Origin: Fonticula alba ATCC 38817 | Taxonomy: Eukaryota > Protista > Nucleariida | Reading direction: 5' to 3' (one strand) | Assembly (NCBI GenBank): GCA_000388065.2 | Contig: KB932204.1 | Length of the DNA stretch: 63,503 nt | Part shown: one piece after another, positions 50,901 through 62,419 of the stretch | Layout of the letters: every line of letters begins with the position of its first letter | How positions within the stretch are numbered: the first letter of the stretch is position 1 | Program-made: the position numbers and the translations under genes | Notes under the pieces: model-generated | Seen by the model: only the letters and a program-made list of their open reading frames with translations | Databases searched by the model: none | What the model was told of the DNA's origin: nothing

Positions 50901-52835
50901 GCCGGAGCAACACCGACACCAACGCCAACACCAGTGGCATGGATATCTCCCTCCCCCAGCCGGCCCGGGAGGGTTTGGGGAGGGGGGGGGGGGGCATGGA
51001 CGCACCGGCTGATGAGCTGCTCAAAGGGCAGGCTGTTCGGGCCAAACTGTGCCACCATGGTCAGGCAGGTGAGCTGGATCTCCTCGTCCACCGGCTGGCT
51101 CCAGAGGCCGATGCGCTCGCTGCGGCTGGTCTCGCGCATCTTGATGCAGACATCGCGATTGCCGGAGGCACGCACGCCATCCAGCAACGAGGCCAGCAGG
51201 GAGTCGCGCTCGGTGCTGGTGTACCAGCGAATGGCCCCGGACTTGTACTCGATGGCAAACTGCTGGGGCTCGGTCTCGGACCGGACCAGGGCGAACACCT
51301 CGGACAGGGGCCGCACCGTGACCAGGGCATAGTAGCCCGGGTCGCGCTCGATGATGCAGCGCTCCGAGAAGCAGAGAATCCGGCTGACACCGAACTTCCC
51401 ATGCCGGGGGCTGAGCTTGTGCACGCGGAACTCCGCGATCGAGGTGATGGAGTTGTCATCGGAGAAGGGCCCGAAGCGGGTGAGGATGAAGTCCTCCCGG
51501 CGGACCGGCTGGCCATTGGCCGACCGGTCGGCGAAGACCTTGAGATCCACACCGACATAGGTCAGGGCATTGTGGCGCATGCGCTTGAGGATCTCCTCGC
51601 GGTTGGGCGTGAAGAAGGCATGGCGGCGGGAGAAGGCGCCGTCTGGCGGTGGGGCGCGGCAAGGGAAGGTCAGCAAGAAGGGCCGATCACAGAAGGAAGG
51701 GGTGGGTGCGTGTGCGTGTGCGTGCGTGCGTGCGCGTGGCATCCCTCGCCCGGCCGGGGCCATGTGTTGCCGGTCATTCGGGGGGAGCCATGGCGCCGCC
51801 TCGCCCCGTGGCCGAGCAGCGAAAACGCACAGACAACCACAAAGCCACCGGGCACATCCTGCAGGATGTCGATGTGGGAGATGTCGCAGTAGTCGTAGGA
51901 GGCGATGACAATCGGGCCGGTGGCGTCCGGCGGGGTGGCCACCTGATCCAGGGACACCGGGTTGGCGGCCAGTTGGGTGGCCTTGTCGCGAGTGCTCCAG
52001 TGGATCTTGTGAGCCGGGAACACCTGGCTGGTGGGGGCCACGCCGAAGGTGGCCTTGTCCAGCGCGGCGAACTGGTGCCGGAAGCGGTTGGCCTGCGTCA
52101 GCAAGGCCGCCCGGTGGGGCGTGGAGAAGGTGGTGGCGCTGGACCGCGAGGAGGTCCGGCCCTTGCGGATGTGCAGGGAAAATTCATTCGCCGACTTCTC
52201 CACCGGGAGGATGTCCACCAGCTCGTCGACGTAGGGCCACTTGTTGGTGACTTGCCAAGTGGTGGGATTGGCCGTGAGGAGGCTGCAGAAGGGGAGGGGG
52301 GGGGGGGGGGGGCCGGTGCTGTGAGTGCGACATTCGAGGGGGCGCGAGTGGGGGACGCGGGCAGGGCACATGGTCGCCGGGCTTCCTCAGACGGACCTGT
52401 CATTNNNNNNNNNNNNNNNNNNNNNNNNNNNNNNNNNNNNNNNNNNNNNNNNNNNNNNNNNNNNNNNNNNNNNNNNNNNNNNNNNNNNNNNNNNNNNNNN
52501 NNNNNNNNNNNNNNNNNNNNNNNNNNNNNNNNNNNNNNNNNNNNNNNNNNNNNNNNNNNNNNNNNNNNNNNNNNNNNNNNNNNNNNNNNNNNNNNNNNNN
52601 NNNNNNNNNNNNNNNNNNNNNNNNNNNNNNNNNNNNNNNGCGGGCGGACCCGGACCCTGACCCCCTAGAGCCAATCGACCGCCCACGTACCCCGCGACCG
52701 GGACAACAACAAACTCCGCCAGGCGGGCGTGACCAGAAACAGCCGGGCAGATAGGCGCGTTTCCGGCTCCTCGTCTGAGAGCCCGGGGTGGGGATGGGGG
52801 GGGGGTCTGCTGGCGGAGAAAAGGCCTGACCACAG

Positions 52836-52866
<31 letters not shown>

Positions 52867-52935
52867 CCAAGCGATTGACTCCCACACCTGCTCGGGTCGG
52901 CTCATTGGGCCTGCCCCAGGCCAGGGCGCCGCCAT
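43435..52935 (-). CDS. DNAJC13: DNAJC13/RME-8 endosomal co-chaperone; the first exon(s) run into gap 52405-52639 and the start at 52935 is tentative
   Basis: N-terminal QVTNKWPY...[10 protein letters not shown]. Four IWN-type repeats ([32 protein letters not shown]). GYF-like WYY...GPF. J-domain with [11 protein letters not shown]. Many GT-AG introns. Confidence 0.95.
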
Positions 52936-54017
52936 GCCCGCCGGCCAAAGCCCCCGCCCCAGGCGCGCACATGTTGCCACCCCATCCCGGGCCCGAGGAG
53001 AGAAGGCCGAAGGCGCGCAAAGGGGGACGATGACCCATGACAATAACAACGCCCGGGCCGGGGGGGGGGGGGGGGGGCAGCGGCCGAGCTGCCCGCCGGC
53101 CCGGGGTGGGGGATCCTGGAGCGCGCCAGGCGTCTTTAGATGCGCGGGGAAATATTTATATCCCAGGGCACCATCAGGGAGGAGGCATTATTTTTGCTGA
53201 TTTATTATTATTTTCGCGGCTGGGTTTACAGTTTTCACCCGGCTCCCCCGTTCGCCGGCCTGCGCCGCGACCCTATGCATGGAGAACCAGCGGGGGGCCG
53301 CCTCGCCGCGCTTCTCTCTCTCTCTCTCCCTCTCCCCCCTCGCTCTTCCGCCCTTTCGAGGCACGCACAGCGGCCAACCGGCCAACATATGCGGCAACCA
53401 GTCTCCCCTCCTCTCCGGCCGGCACGCCAACACAACACGCTCGGACGATTGGCGGGACCGTCACATGACTGGCCGCCACCCGAAGAGTCATGCACGTGCG
53501 CTCATCACGCCCGATGCTCTTGACCGGTTAGGGATTTTCCCTGCCCGCCCCTCGGGGCGGGGCCGGGCGGGCGCCGGTATGCCCCTCGCCCCTGGGTGCA
53601 TGCGCGCGCCCGGGTGCCGCACCCCCCCCCCCCCCCCGGGCTCAGGCCTCCGGCCAGGGGCGCATTCTCACAGTCGTCCGTGCGTCCTGGCTGCGTACGG
53701 TCCGGCCGGAAACAACTGCCCCTGGGTCCAGGCTCTCACACCCCTCCCGCCCCGACCCAACGCGGCGGCGGTCGATGTGTCGGGCATCAGCCTGATTCCC
53801 CGCCCCCCCGACGCGGGGGTCCGTGCCGCAGCCCCTCGCACCGGAGGGGATGGACGGCGCGGGCCGGGGCAGATCGACCCGCGGTTGGCAGCACCCTTTT
53901 TCCGGGACACCGGCCCCGCCTCACGAGCTTGTGTGGTGTGTGTCAACCGGCATCCTCCCCCCTCCCCCCCNNNNNNNNNNNNNNCCCTCCCCCTCCCCCT
54001 CCCCCCTGAGAGCAGCT

Positions 54018-56075
54018 ATGGCCTCGCCTCTTGCGACCACCGCTTCCAACCAGCCGCCCGTCGAGGCCAAGCTCGACTCGCTGCTGCTGGCCCTCAAGCG
54101 CATCACCGGCCTCCGCGAGCGGACCGTCCGTGCGATCGATGCGTTGAAATCCTCGCAGGAGATCGCCACCCCGGGTGGCACCGACGCCGGCCCCAACAAA
54201 AAGATTCTCGAACTGGAATCGCGCCTGGCACAGCTCTGGGCCGAGGAGCAGACGCTCCGGTTCCAGGCGCGCCTCCTCTCGTCACACGTCCAGGCGCACG
54301 GTCCGTTTGCTTTTTTTTTTTTTTTTTTTTTTTGCGCGCGAGGGCGCCCTCTGCTCGCCCTCCACAGTCACTTGGCCGCCCTCCACAGTCGCTTGGCCGC
54401 CCTCCACAGTCGCTTGTCGTCGAGCGCTGACAGTCTGTTCCCCCCCCCCTCCCCCCCTCCGTCCCTGATGGGCCTGCTGTCCGCACATGCACAGAGTCCA
54501 ATCAGTCTTTCAGCTTTTCTCTCTCCCACACCCCCGTGTCGCAAAATGAGGCCATCGGTGCGTGGTGTCCGCCTGCCATCCGGAGTCGGGGCTGCCGCAA
54601 CGCCTCTGACACTTCCCTCACCCCTTTTGTGGTCCCCACCTCCCCCGTCTTTCGGACCGCGGCCCTCATCCCGGGTACCTCGGCACAGAGACCTTCCAGT
54701 CCCAGCGGTCAATGGTGCTCTCCGGCCACGGGCTGACCGCGCTGCCGGAATCCCTTTTCTCCTTCTCCTCCATCGTCGTGCGTCGGCCCATCCCAGCTCT
54801 TCCCTCCTCCTCCGGCTCTTGCTTCTTCCCGTGGATCCACCAGCCTGCTCCATCTCCACCCGCCCACATCCACATACATGTCAGCAGATGGCTGCTCACC
54901 CTTCACTCACTTGCCGCCCGGCCCCCTGGATGTCACCTCCCTGCCCCCTGGATGTCACCTCCCTGCCCCCTGGCTCCTGCCCAGTCGCTCGACCTGTCCT
55001 CCAACCAGCTGGACACCCTGCCGGAGCAGCTCTTTTTCTCCCTCTCCTTCCTTGAGATCCTGGACGTGAGGTATGCTCCTGGCTCCGGGGCTGCTACACG
55101 CTCGTCCCTGCCTCTTCCATGACCCGCGACACAGCCTCCCCCCCCCCTCCCCCCCCCAGGCCGGGGGGCGACACAATCGGCCACAGCTAACCGCCGTTCC
55201 CTCGTGTCGCGCCCACCACCGCAGCAACAACAAGCTGACCACCATCTCCGGGGCCATCTCCAACCTGGTCAATCTGCGCCACCTTTTCCTCCAGTGCGTC
55301 TTCTTGCCCTCGCCCTCCCTTTTGCGGCCTTCCGACAAGCATCTCTGACCCCGCCCCCCCCCCCCCCCAGTGGCAACGCCATCGCCGGCGCCGAGGATGC
55401 CTCCTGGCTGACCGGCCTCGACCGGCTGGAGACCCTGCGGCTGAGCGGCAACCGCCTGACCGCCGACGCCGTCAGCAGCTGGGCCCTCCGGCCCTCGCTC
55501 CCCCTGAAGACCCTGGATCTGGCGCGCAATCCGCTGGAGTCGATCCCCGTGTGCCTGGGCAAGCTGGCCCAGTTGGCCCGGCTGTACCTGGACTCGTGCA
55601 GCCTCAATGACGCGGCGATCCGCGCCTACTTCGTGGACACCCCGGCGCCCCTGGGCCAGGCCCTGGACGGACTGAAGGTCCTCAGCCTCAATGACAATGG
55701 CCTGAGCACCCTGCCCAAGGAGGTCTTCCGCCTGTATCCGAGCTTGCGCGTGCTCTCCCTGGCGGATAACCGCTTCACCAGCGTCCCCTTTGTGGGCGCC
55801 TCTGTGGCGGTTCTCCGTGCGTGGCTGCCCCTTTCCTCCCGCCTTTCCCCCCCCTCTCTCTCTCTCTCCCCTCGCGATTGCGTGCACCACGCTGGCCCGA
55901 TCTGACCATGCTGCCACCCCCCTTTCCTCCTCCTCCTCCCCCGCCGGTCCCTCGCGCGATCTTCCTCTCCCTTCCCCCCCCCCCCCGGCGTGCGACCCTC
56001 TTCGGGGGCCGGTGTTTCCGCCACATCTGGCCCACAAACACGGCAGGCCTCGACAGCAACCCCGTCCGGCCTTGA
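54018..56075 (+). CDS. N-terminal coiled-coil hairpin plus leucine-rich repeat protein
   Basis: Seven phase-consistent exons. Repeated LxxLxLxxNxL units (LDLSSNQL, LRLSGNRL, LDLARNPL, LSLNDNGL, LSLADNRF, LRLDSNP). Helical N-terminus. Confidence 0.78.
54357..54417. repeat. 21-bp tandem repeat GCCCTCCACAGTCGCTTGGCC x3 in LRR gene intron 1
   Basis: Visible directly. Confidence 0.8.
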
Positions 56076-56689
56076 CTCGGCGGGTGAATGTCCACACGCG
56101 CGTCCACACGCGCACTCCTCCCCCTCCCCTTACTTGTTTTCGCATTCATGTGCACACGCACGCACGCACGCACGCGCGTTTGGTGGCGGCCAGCTGGAAC
56201 GAGGGCATCTCGGGCCGGGCCGGCGCCAAATAAAAGCACGTGACCGCACCGATCGGCCGCGGGCCGTGGCTACCTTTCGCGGGGCCGACCCCCGCGGGGG
56301 ATCCGACGAACGAGGGCGTCGCCGGGAAGGGAGGTGGGGCGCGGGAGCGGCCGCGGCAGGGGAATGCACTTCTTGGGGTGTTTGTTTTTTCCCTCGGGTT
56401 TAAAAGTGTCTCTCGGGCAGGTCGGACGGACCGGCGGCAGGGGGCGGGGGAAAGATGCGTTCGCGCGGGTACCCCCGTCTGGGGCCCCGGCGGAGGGGGG
56501 GGTCGATCGATGCTGATCTGTTTACTTCTTCCCCGCCCGGTCTGGGCTCTGCCCCGGGGCGGCGGGGGGGCAGGACGCACGGCTGGTAGTTGGGCCGGCG
56601 TTGTCCGGTGCCGCGGTGCGGTGCGCCGCCCGGGGGTCACACAGTTCCCTCTCTCGCCCCTTCCTTCCCCCCTCCCTCTGTCTGCCCAT

Positions 56690-57782
56690 ATGCGCGCCCC
56701 GTTCCTCCTTCTCCTCGCCCTTCTGGCGGCCCTGCTCGCAGCGGCGTCCGGGCTGGACCTGCACCGGCTCAGCCAGCCGGTTGCCGGCCAGGCCTTCAAT
56801 GATGCCGACACCGTGGACACCCTCCGGGAGATGGTCCGCATTGAGAGCATCTCCGGCAATGAGCTCCGCATGAGCCAGTGGTTGGCCGACCGGCTGATGG
56901 GTGCCGGCTGGGATGTCGAGCAGCAGCAGGTGGAGCCCAGCCGGTACAATGTGCTGGCCTACCACCCGGCCAACCGCCACCGGCTGAAGGCCCTCTTCAG
57001 CAGCCACATCGACACGGTGCCGCCCTTCCTGCCATTCAGCGAGAATGCCGAGACCATGTTCGGCCGCGGCACGGCCGATGCCAAGGGCAGTGTGTCGGCC
57101 ATGATTCATGCGGCCGAGTCGCTGAACTCCACGATCGCCGCGGTCGAGGGTGTCATCGACCCGACGCAGCTGGGGTGCGTTTCCTTTTGGTGCCAGCTCC
57201 GCCTGGTCGGTCAACTTGCTACTGACCCGCGTCCTTTGCTTTCGCTTTCTCCTTGTCTCTCCTTGTCTCTCGTTGTCTCTCGTTGTCTCTCGTTGTCTCT
57301 CGTTGTCTCTCTCTCTCCCCCCCCCTTTCCGCGGCCGCGCTAGCCTGCTCTTCGTGGTGGGCGAGGAGGTCAACCACATCGGCATGCGCCATGCGAATGA
57401 GGTGCGCGCGCATGTCTCACACTTCCCCTTCGCTCGTGGCTTCTCGCCACCATATCCCCTCCATGGCCTACTCACTCCCCCGCCCGCCCCCCTTTCGCCT
57501 GCTCCCGCCGCTGTGCCCTGCTCCCCCTTCCAGCTCAATCTCCACTCGGTTGAGCACTTCGTGTCCGGCGAGCCCACCGAGTCCCTGCTGGCCGTGGGTC
57601 ACAAGGGCATGTGGAAGTTCCGTCTGGAAATCTTTGGTCGTGCGGCGCACTCGGGCTACCCGCATCTTGGCGAGTCGGCCATCTCCCCGATGCTGGACCT
57701 CCTGCGCGAGTTGAACACCATGGTACTGTGCCGGGCTGGCGCCGCGCTCCTCTTCTCGTGGGTCCTCCTTGTCCCTTTCTAA

Positions 57783-57854
<72 letters not shown>

Positions 57855-58601
57855 CACGCGCACGCACGCACGCACACGCACGCACGCACGCACGCACACG
57901 CGCACGCACGCACGCACGCACACGCACGCACGCACACGCACACGCACGCACATGCACACGCACGCACGCACACACACACAAGGCCCTTCCCGTGAGCGAC
58001 TTGCTCGGCCCGACCACTCTGAACATCGGGATCTTGGGCGGCGGCGTGGCGGCCAATGTCGTGCCGGATTACGCCTCGGCCGAGATCATGGTCCGCGTGT
58101 CGACCAACCTGGCCGAGGTGAAGACCCTCATCGAGCGCGTGGTCCGGGACCGGGCCACCATCACTGACCTGTCGGAGAACGAGCCTTTCATCTGTGACAC
58201 CATCCCCGGCTTCAACACCACCATTGTCGCCTACAACACCGGTGCGTGTGCTACCCTTTTGCCCCCCTGTCTGCCCGGAAGATCCTCCATCTCGCCTATA
58301 TCCTCCTTGCAATGTGTGCGTGCGCGCGCGCGCGCGCGCGCGTGTGTGTGTGGGGCCTGCCACTGACCCCGCAAGTATGATGGCCGTCTTCTTTGCGCCC
58401 CTTCATCGTCGGCCCTGCCTTTCCTCCCCTCCCTCCCTCCCACAAGACCTTCCTTTCTTCGAGGGCGACCATAAGTCCTACCTCCTGGGCCCGGGCAGCA
58501 TCACCGTGGCTCACACGGATGATGAGCAGATTTCCAAGCGAGAGCTTGTCGACGCGGTGGGGCTCTTCCGGCGCATGGCGGTCCACATGCTGGCGCAGTA
58601 G
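56690..58601 (+). CDS. Secreted/vacuolar M20 metallo-hydrolase (ArgE/DapE-like family)
   Basis: Signal peptide [21 protein letters not shown]. Metal-binding motifs [25 protein letters not shown] and AHTDDE. Dimerisation motifs GRAAHSG and [15 protein letters not shown]. Five exons. Confidence 0.88.
57783..57980. repeat. (GCAC)n/(CA)n array filling the 3' part of M20 intron 3 (57723-57982)
   Basis: About 200 nt visible directly, with no AG before the acceptor. Confidence 0.92.
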
Positions 58602-58941
58602 GGAAGGGCGGCAGTCTTAACCGAGCATGTCACGTGCATACAGCAATATATCACGAGCCCTTACGCGCCGGGTCAATTGTGGGCTCCGCCCTCGTCGGCC
58701 CCCGCGCCCTCGGGCGAGGGAAATACGTCCGTCCGGCGGAGTTCCCTGACAGGCGGGGTGGGGGGCGCGAAGAGCGGGGCCCAAATACGGAGGTGGCCGG
58801 TGGTGGTGGCCGGTGGTGGTGGTGGTGATGGTGGCCGGTGGTGTTACACGGCAGGAGAAACTGGATGGCCTCTCTGGTTTCCCCGTGGCTGGCGGCATCT
58901 CTCACGGGCCTGGGAGAGCCTTCGTGCATGCATGCATGGAT

Positions 58942-58943
<2 letters not shown>

Positions 58944-58996
<53 letters not shown>
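58944..58996. repeat. (TG)n microsatellite downstream of the M20 gene
   Basis: Visible directly. Confidence 0.9.
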
Positions 58997-58997
<1 letters not shown>

Positions 58998-59172
58998 TGA
59001 GGACCTGGGGCGGAGCCCATGGGCCATGGTTTGATGATGGCCCCGCCGAGGGGAAGGCGGCGCCGCTTGTTCTTGGCGGACCAGGGGCGAGTGCCTGCCC
59101 TCGGTGTTCACCGCTCATCAGCGGGCCAGTGGGCGGAGAAGGCGTCGCTGTACAACCACCGGCAGGCAGGCA

Positions 59173-59200
59173 CGGCCCAGGTGGCTAGCCACCTGGGCCG
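59173..59200. repeat. Perfect 28-bp spacerless palindrome CGGCCCAGGTGGCTAGCCACCTGGGCCG
   Basis: All 14 base pairs checked position by position around the centre at 59186/59187. Confidence 0.9.
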
Positions 59201-62200
59201 GGTGGCTGGGGGCCCATCGCCGCCGGGGGTGCATGGGCTGGTCTTGCGCTGCACGGCCTGGCGAGCGCCCGCTCGCGCCAGTTGGGGCAACCGCCTGGGG
59301 GCGGGTTTCGCACTGGCTGTGGGTCGCCGTGCGTGGACTGCCAACCGGCGCCGGGGTGGGGTCTGGAGCATGGGGGCGCGTGCCACACGCAGTGCAGCTC
59401 TCTCTCTCTCTCTCTCTGTATCTCTCTCTCTGCCTCTCTGCCTCTCTGCCTGTGTCTCCGACTCGCAGTCAGGTCCGGCGTCCGCTGGCTATTAACTTGG
59501 TGGCGGCAGCCCCGGGCACACGGACGTGGGCCTCCATGCCTGCCTGGGCTACATGCGAGTATCCGCGTATCCAGTGTGTGTGTGGAACCGGGGCGCGGTG
59601 CATTGTCGTGCCGGATGGGCGCGTGCGATGGCGCGCGCGGCAAAATGGCGCCCGACTCGGCGCCAGGGGAATATTGCCCCCTCGTTGCCGGGGGTCGAGG
59701 CTGGCGCATCGGCCGAGCCGGCCGGGCGGGCGCACCAGCAAATGGATACCTCCGGCGGGCTCCATTATTCTCGGCGGCACCGAGGGGAGCCGGTGCAAAA
59801 AAAAAGCCGGCCGAGTGGGACATGCTAGAGGGGCGGACGGGCGGGCAGGGCGGGCGGGCGACTGGTCTGCAAGGCCCAAGCCTGCCGGCGGCCCCTTGAG
59901 CGACATGATTTCTGCCACCGCCGCATGTCAGGCCATGTGTGGCGGCTGTCCGCCGGGCGTCTGGCGGGTATGTCCAAGCGCTGTCCGGACCGGGCGACTT
60001 CCCGGCAGGCAGGAGCCGTTCGAGGGGCGGCGGGGGCGGCGGGGGGCGCCGACGGCGCGAGGACCCCCGAGCGCGAGGGTCCACGCGAGGCGGAGACCGA
60101 GGGCCTTTCTTCCTTTCCGGACGCCCGCTTAGCGCGAAATTTAATTGTCCTCCCGGCACCGGGCTCAGGCCACCCTGCCCTGCCTCGGTGTCTCGGCGCT
60201 CCGACAGTTGCAGCGGCCTCGAGCAGGGCCTGGTCCTTATCGGGGCGCCCGGCATCGCCGACCAGGGCCGGCGGCATGCTGCAGCCGCCGGGGCCGGGCA
60301 CTAGCCGGCCGCGCCCGGGGCAAGTCTGCCCGCAATTGTGACAGCTCCGTCGGCTGTGATGGGCGATGGGCCGGGTCGCGCCACCTGCTGTGGCCGGTCC
60401 CACCGCGTGCGGGGCCCCCTCCTCCCTGGCCCGGCCCCGGCCCCGGGCCTGCCCCCCCCCCCCCCNNNNNNNNNNNNNNNNNNNNNNNNNNNNNNNNNNN
60501 NNNNNNNNNNNNNNNNNNNNNNNNNNNNNNNNNNNNNNNNNNNNNNNNNNNNNNNNNNNNNNNNNNNNNNNNNNNNNNNNNNNNNNNNNNNNNNNNNNNN
60601 NNNNNNNNNNNNNNNNNNNNNNNNNNNNNNNNNNNNNNNNNNNNNNNNNNNNNNNNNNNNNNNNNNNNNNNNNNNNNNNNNNNNNNNNNNNNNNNNNNNN
60701 NNNNNNNNNNNNNNNNNNNNNNNNNNNNNNNNNNNNNNNNNNNNNNNNNNNNNNNNNNNNNNNNNNNNNNNNNNNNNNNNNNNNNNNNNNNNNNNNNNNN
60801 NNNNNNNNNNNNNNNNNNNNNNNNNNNNNNNNNNNNNNNNNNNNNNNNNNNNNNNNNNNNNNNNNNNNNNNNNNNNNNNNNNNNNNNNNNNNNNNNNNNN
60901 NNNNNNNNNNNNNNNNNNNNNNNNNNNNNNNNNNNNNNNNNNNNNNNNNNNNNNNNNNNNNNNNNNNNNNNNNNNNNNNNNNNNNNNNNNNNNNNNNNNN
61001 NNNNNNNNNNNNNNNNNNNNNNNNNNNNNNNNNNNNNNNNNNNNNNNNNNNNNNNNNNNNNNNNNNNNNNNNNNNNNNNNNNNNNNNNNNNNNNNNNNNN
61101 NNNNNNNNNNNNNNNNNNNNNNNNNNNNNNNNNNNNNNNNNNNNNNNNNNNNNNNNNNNNNNNNNNNNNNNNNNNNNNNNNNNNNNNNNNNNNNNNNNNN
61201 NNNNNNNNNNNNNNNNNNNNNNNNNNNNNNNNNNNNNNNNNNNNNNNNNNGGGGGGGGGGAACGGGTGTGCGGAAGGGGAGGCTTGCTGGCAGCAGTGGT
61301 GTATAGGCGCTGGGGCGCGGGCCGGCCGGGGCATGTGCGCCGGTGGCCAGCGCGCCGGAGAACCGGCACCCAGATACTCGATACATTGGCGCTTGGCGAT
61401 CGCCAAGCGGCAGCAGGAGGCCCCCGGCCACAGAGAGACGCAGCGCCTACGGAGCCGAGACACACGGACACATGGAAGTGCGCGCGGGCGCGTGCCCCGG
61501 GCATGTGTGGCGCCCGAGGGAGGGGGCCGCCTCCGGGCGCACCCATCCGGCCCTTTCCCCGCCGGGTCTCCGGCTCGGCCGTAAGCGCGCGCGCGCGCAC
61601 ACACACACACACACGCGGAAACACCCAGGGGGGCACCCTCCTTAATATTGGCGCGTGCATGGCGGGGGCCCCCGAAGCTCGACTCGGGCAGGCAGGCACT
61701 TGTCCGCCCGGCCTCCGCCCGACCTCGCCCGCCGCCCCTGACCGCCGGCTCTGGGCGCTGGCTTCCGGGCTCGGGGATTAAGGGTTTCCCGGTCGCCGCC
61801 GCCGGCGGGGCCCGGGTGAGGGCTCGCGGCCTCTATTTGTATCATCACCCGGTCAACTTTGCGAGCTCGTGCAGCGAATAATAAGCCCGGCGGATGGCCG
61901 GCGGCATGATAGCACGGGCCGCCCTGGCGCGAGGACACGGGACGGGGGGGGGGGGGAGGCCCGGCGGCGCGCCCGACCAGCGCAACTGCCGCCGTCCCGA
62001 GGGTACCATTCGGGGCGGGGGCGGGGGGGAGGGCCGGGCTGAGGGCCGGTGCGACCCGAGCGCGCATTGCCCGCGAGGTGCAGGCGGCAGGTCCAGCGTG
62101 GGCGTGCGCCCCCGGCCACCGGAGCCTGTTGGAACAAATGCCCGCAACGGCAAATGCATCGAACACTCGCGGCGCGCTGGGGGAGGCGCGCAGCGCTCCC

Positions 62201-62381
62201 AGGAGGGTGGCCCGGGGCAAGGGGACCGCGGGCGGCGAAGCCCGCATGGCCCTGTGCCGGGGCCCCCCTCCCCTCGCGGGTGCTCTTTCCCCGGGGCCGA
62301 ATGGTGTCACGCATGCGCGCCGGCGCATATTAGCAGCCCCCCGCTTGGCCCGGCCACCGGACCCCTCTTCCCCTGGTGACC

Positions 62382-62419
<38 letters not shown>

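Larger units (their letters stand above)
790..61250. other. Assembly gaps (N runs): 790-1069, 7889-8083, 12242-12641, 18525-18616, 20468-21217, 23102-23536, 24535-24584, 46771-46780, 48750-48920, 52405-52639, 53971-53984, 60466-61250
   Basis: Visible directly; many abut poly-G/C or tandem repeats. Confidence 0.98.

Noticed and set aside
54268-54305. Possible GC-AG donor (CAG|GCGCGC) in the LRR gene
   Set aside because: A canonical GTCCGT donor at 54301 gives the correct phase. No non-canonical or U12-type intron was needed anywhere in the window.
106-61781. Long ORFs containing X runs
   Set aside because: They read through N gaps and low-complexity repeats, so they are artefacts of the ORF track.
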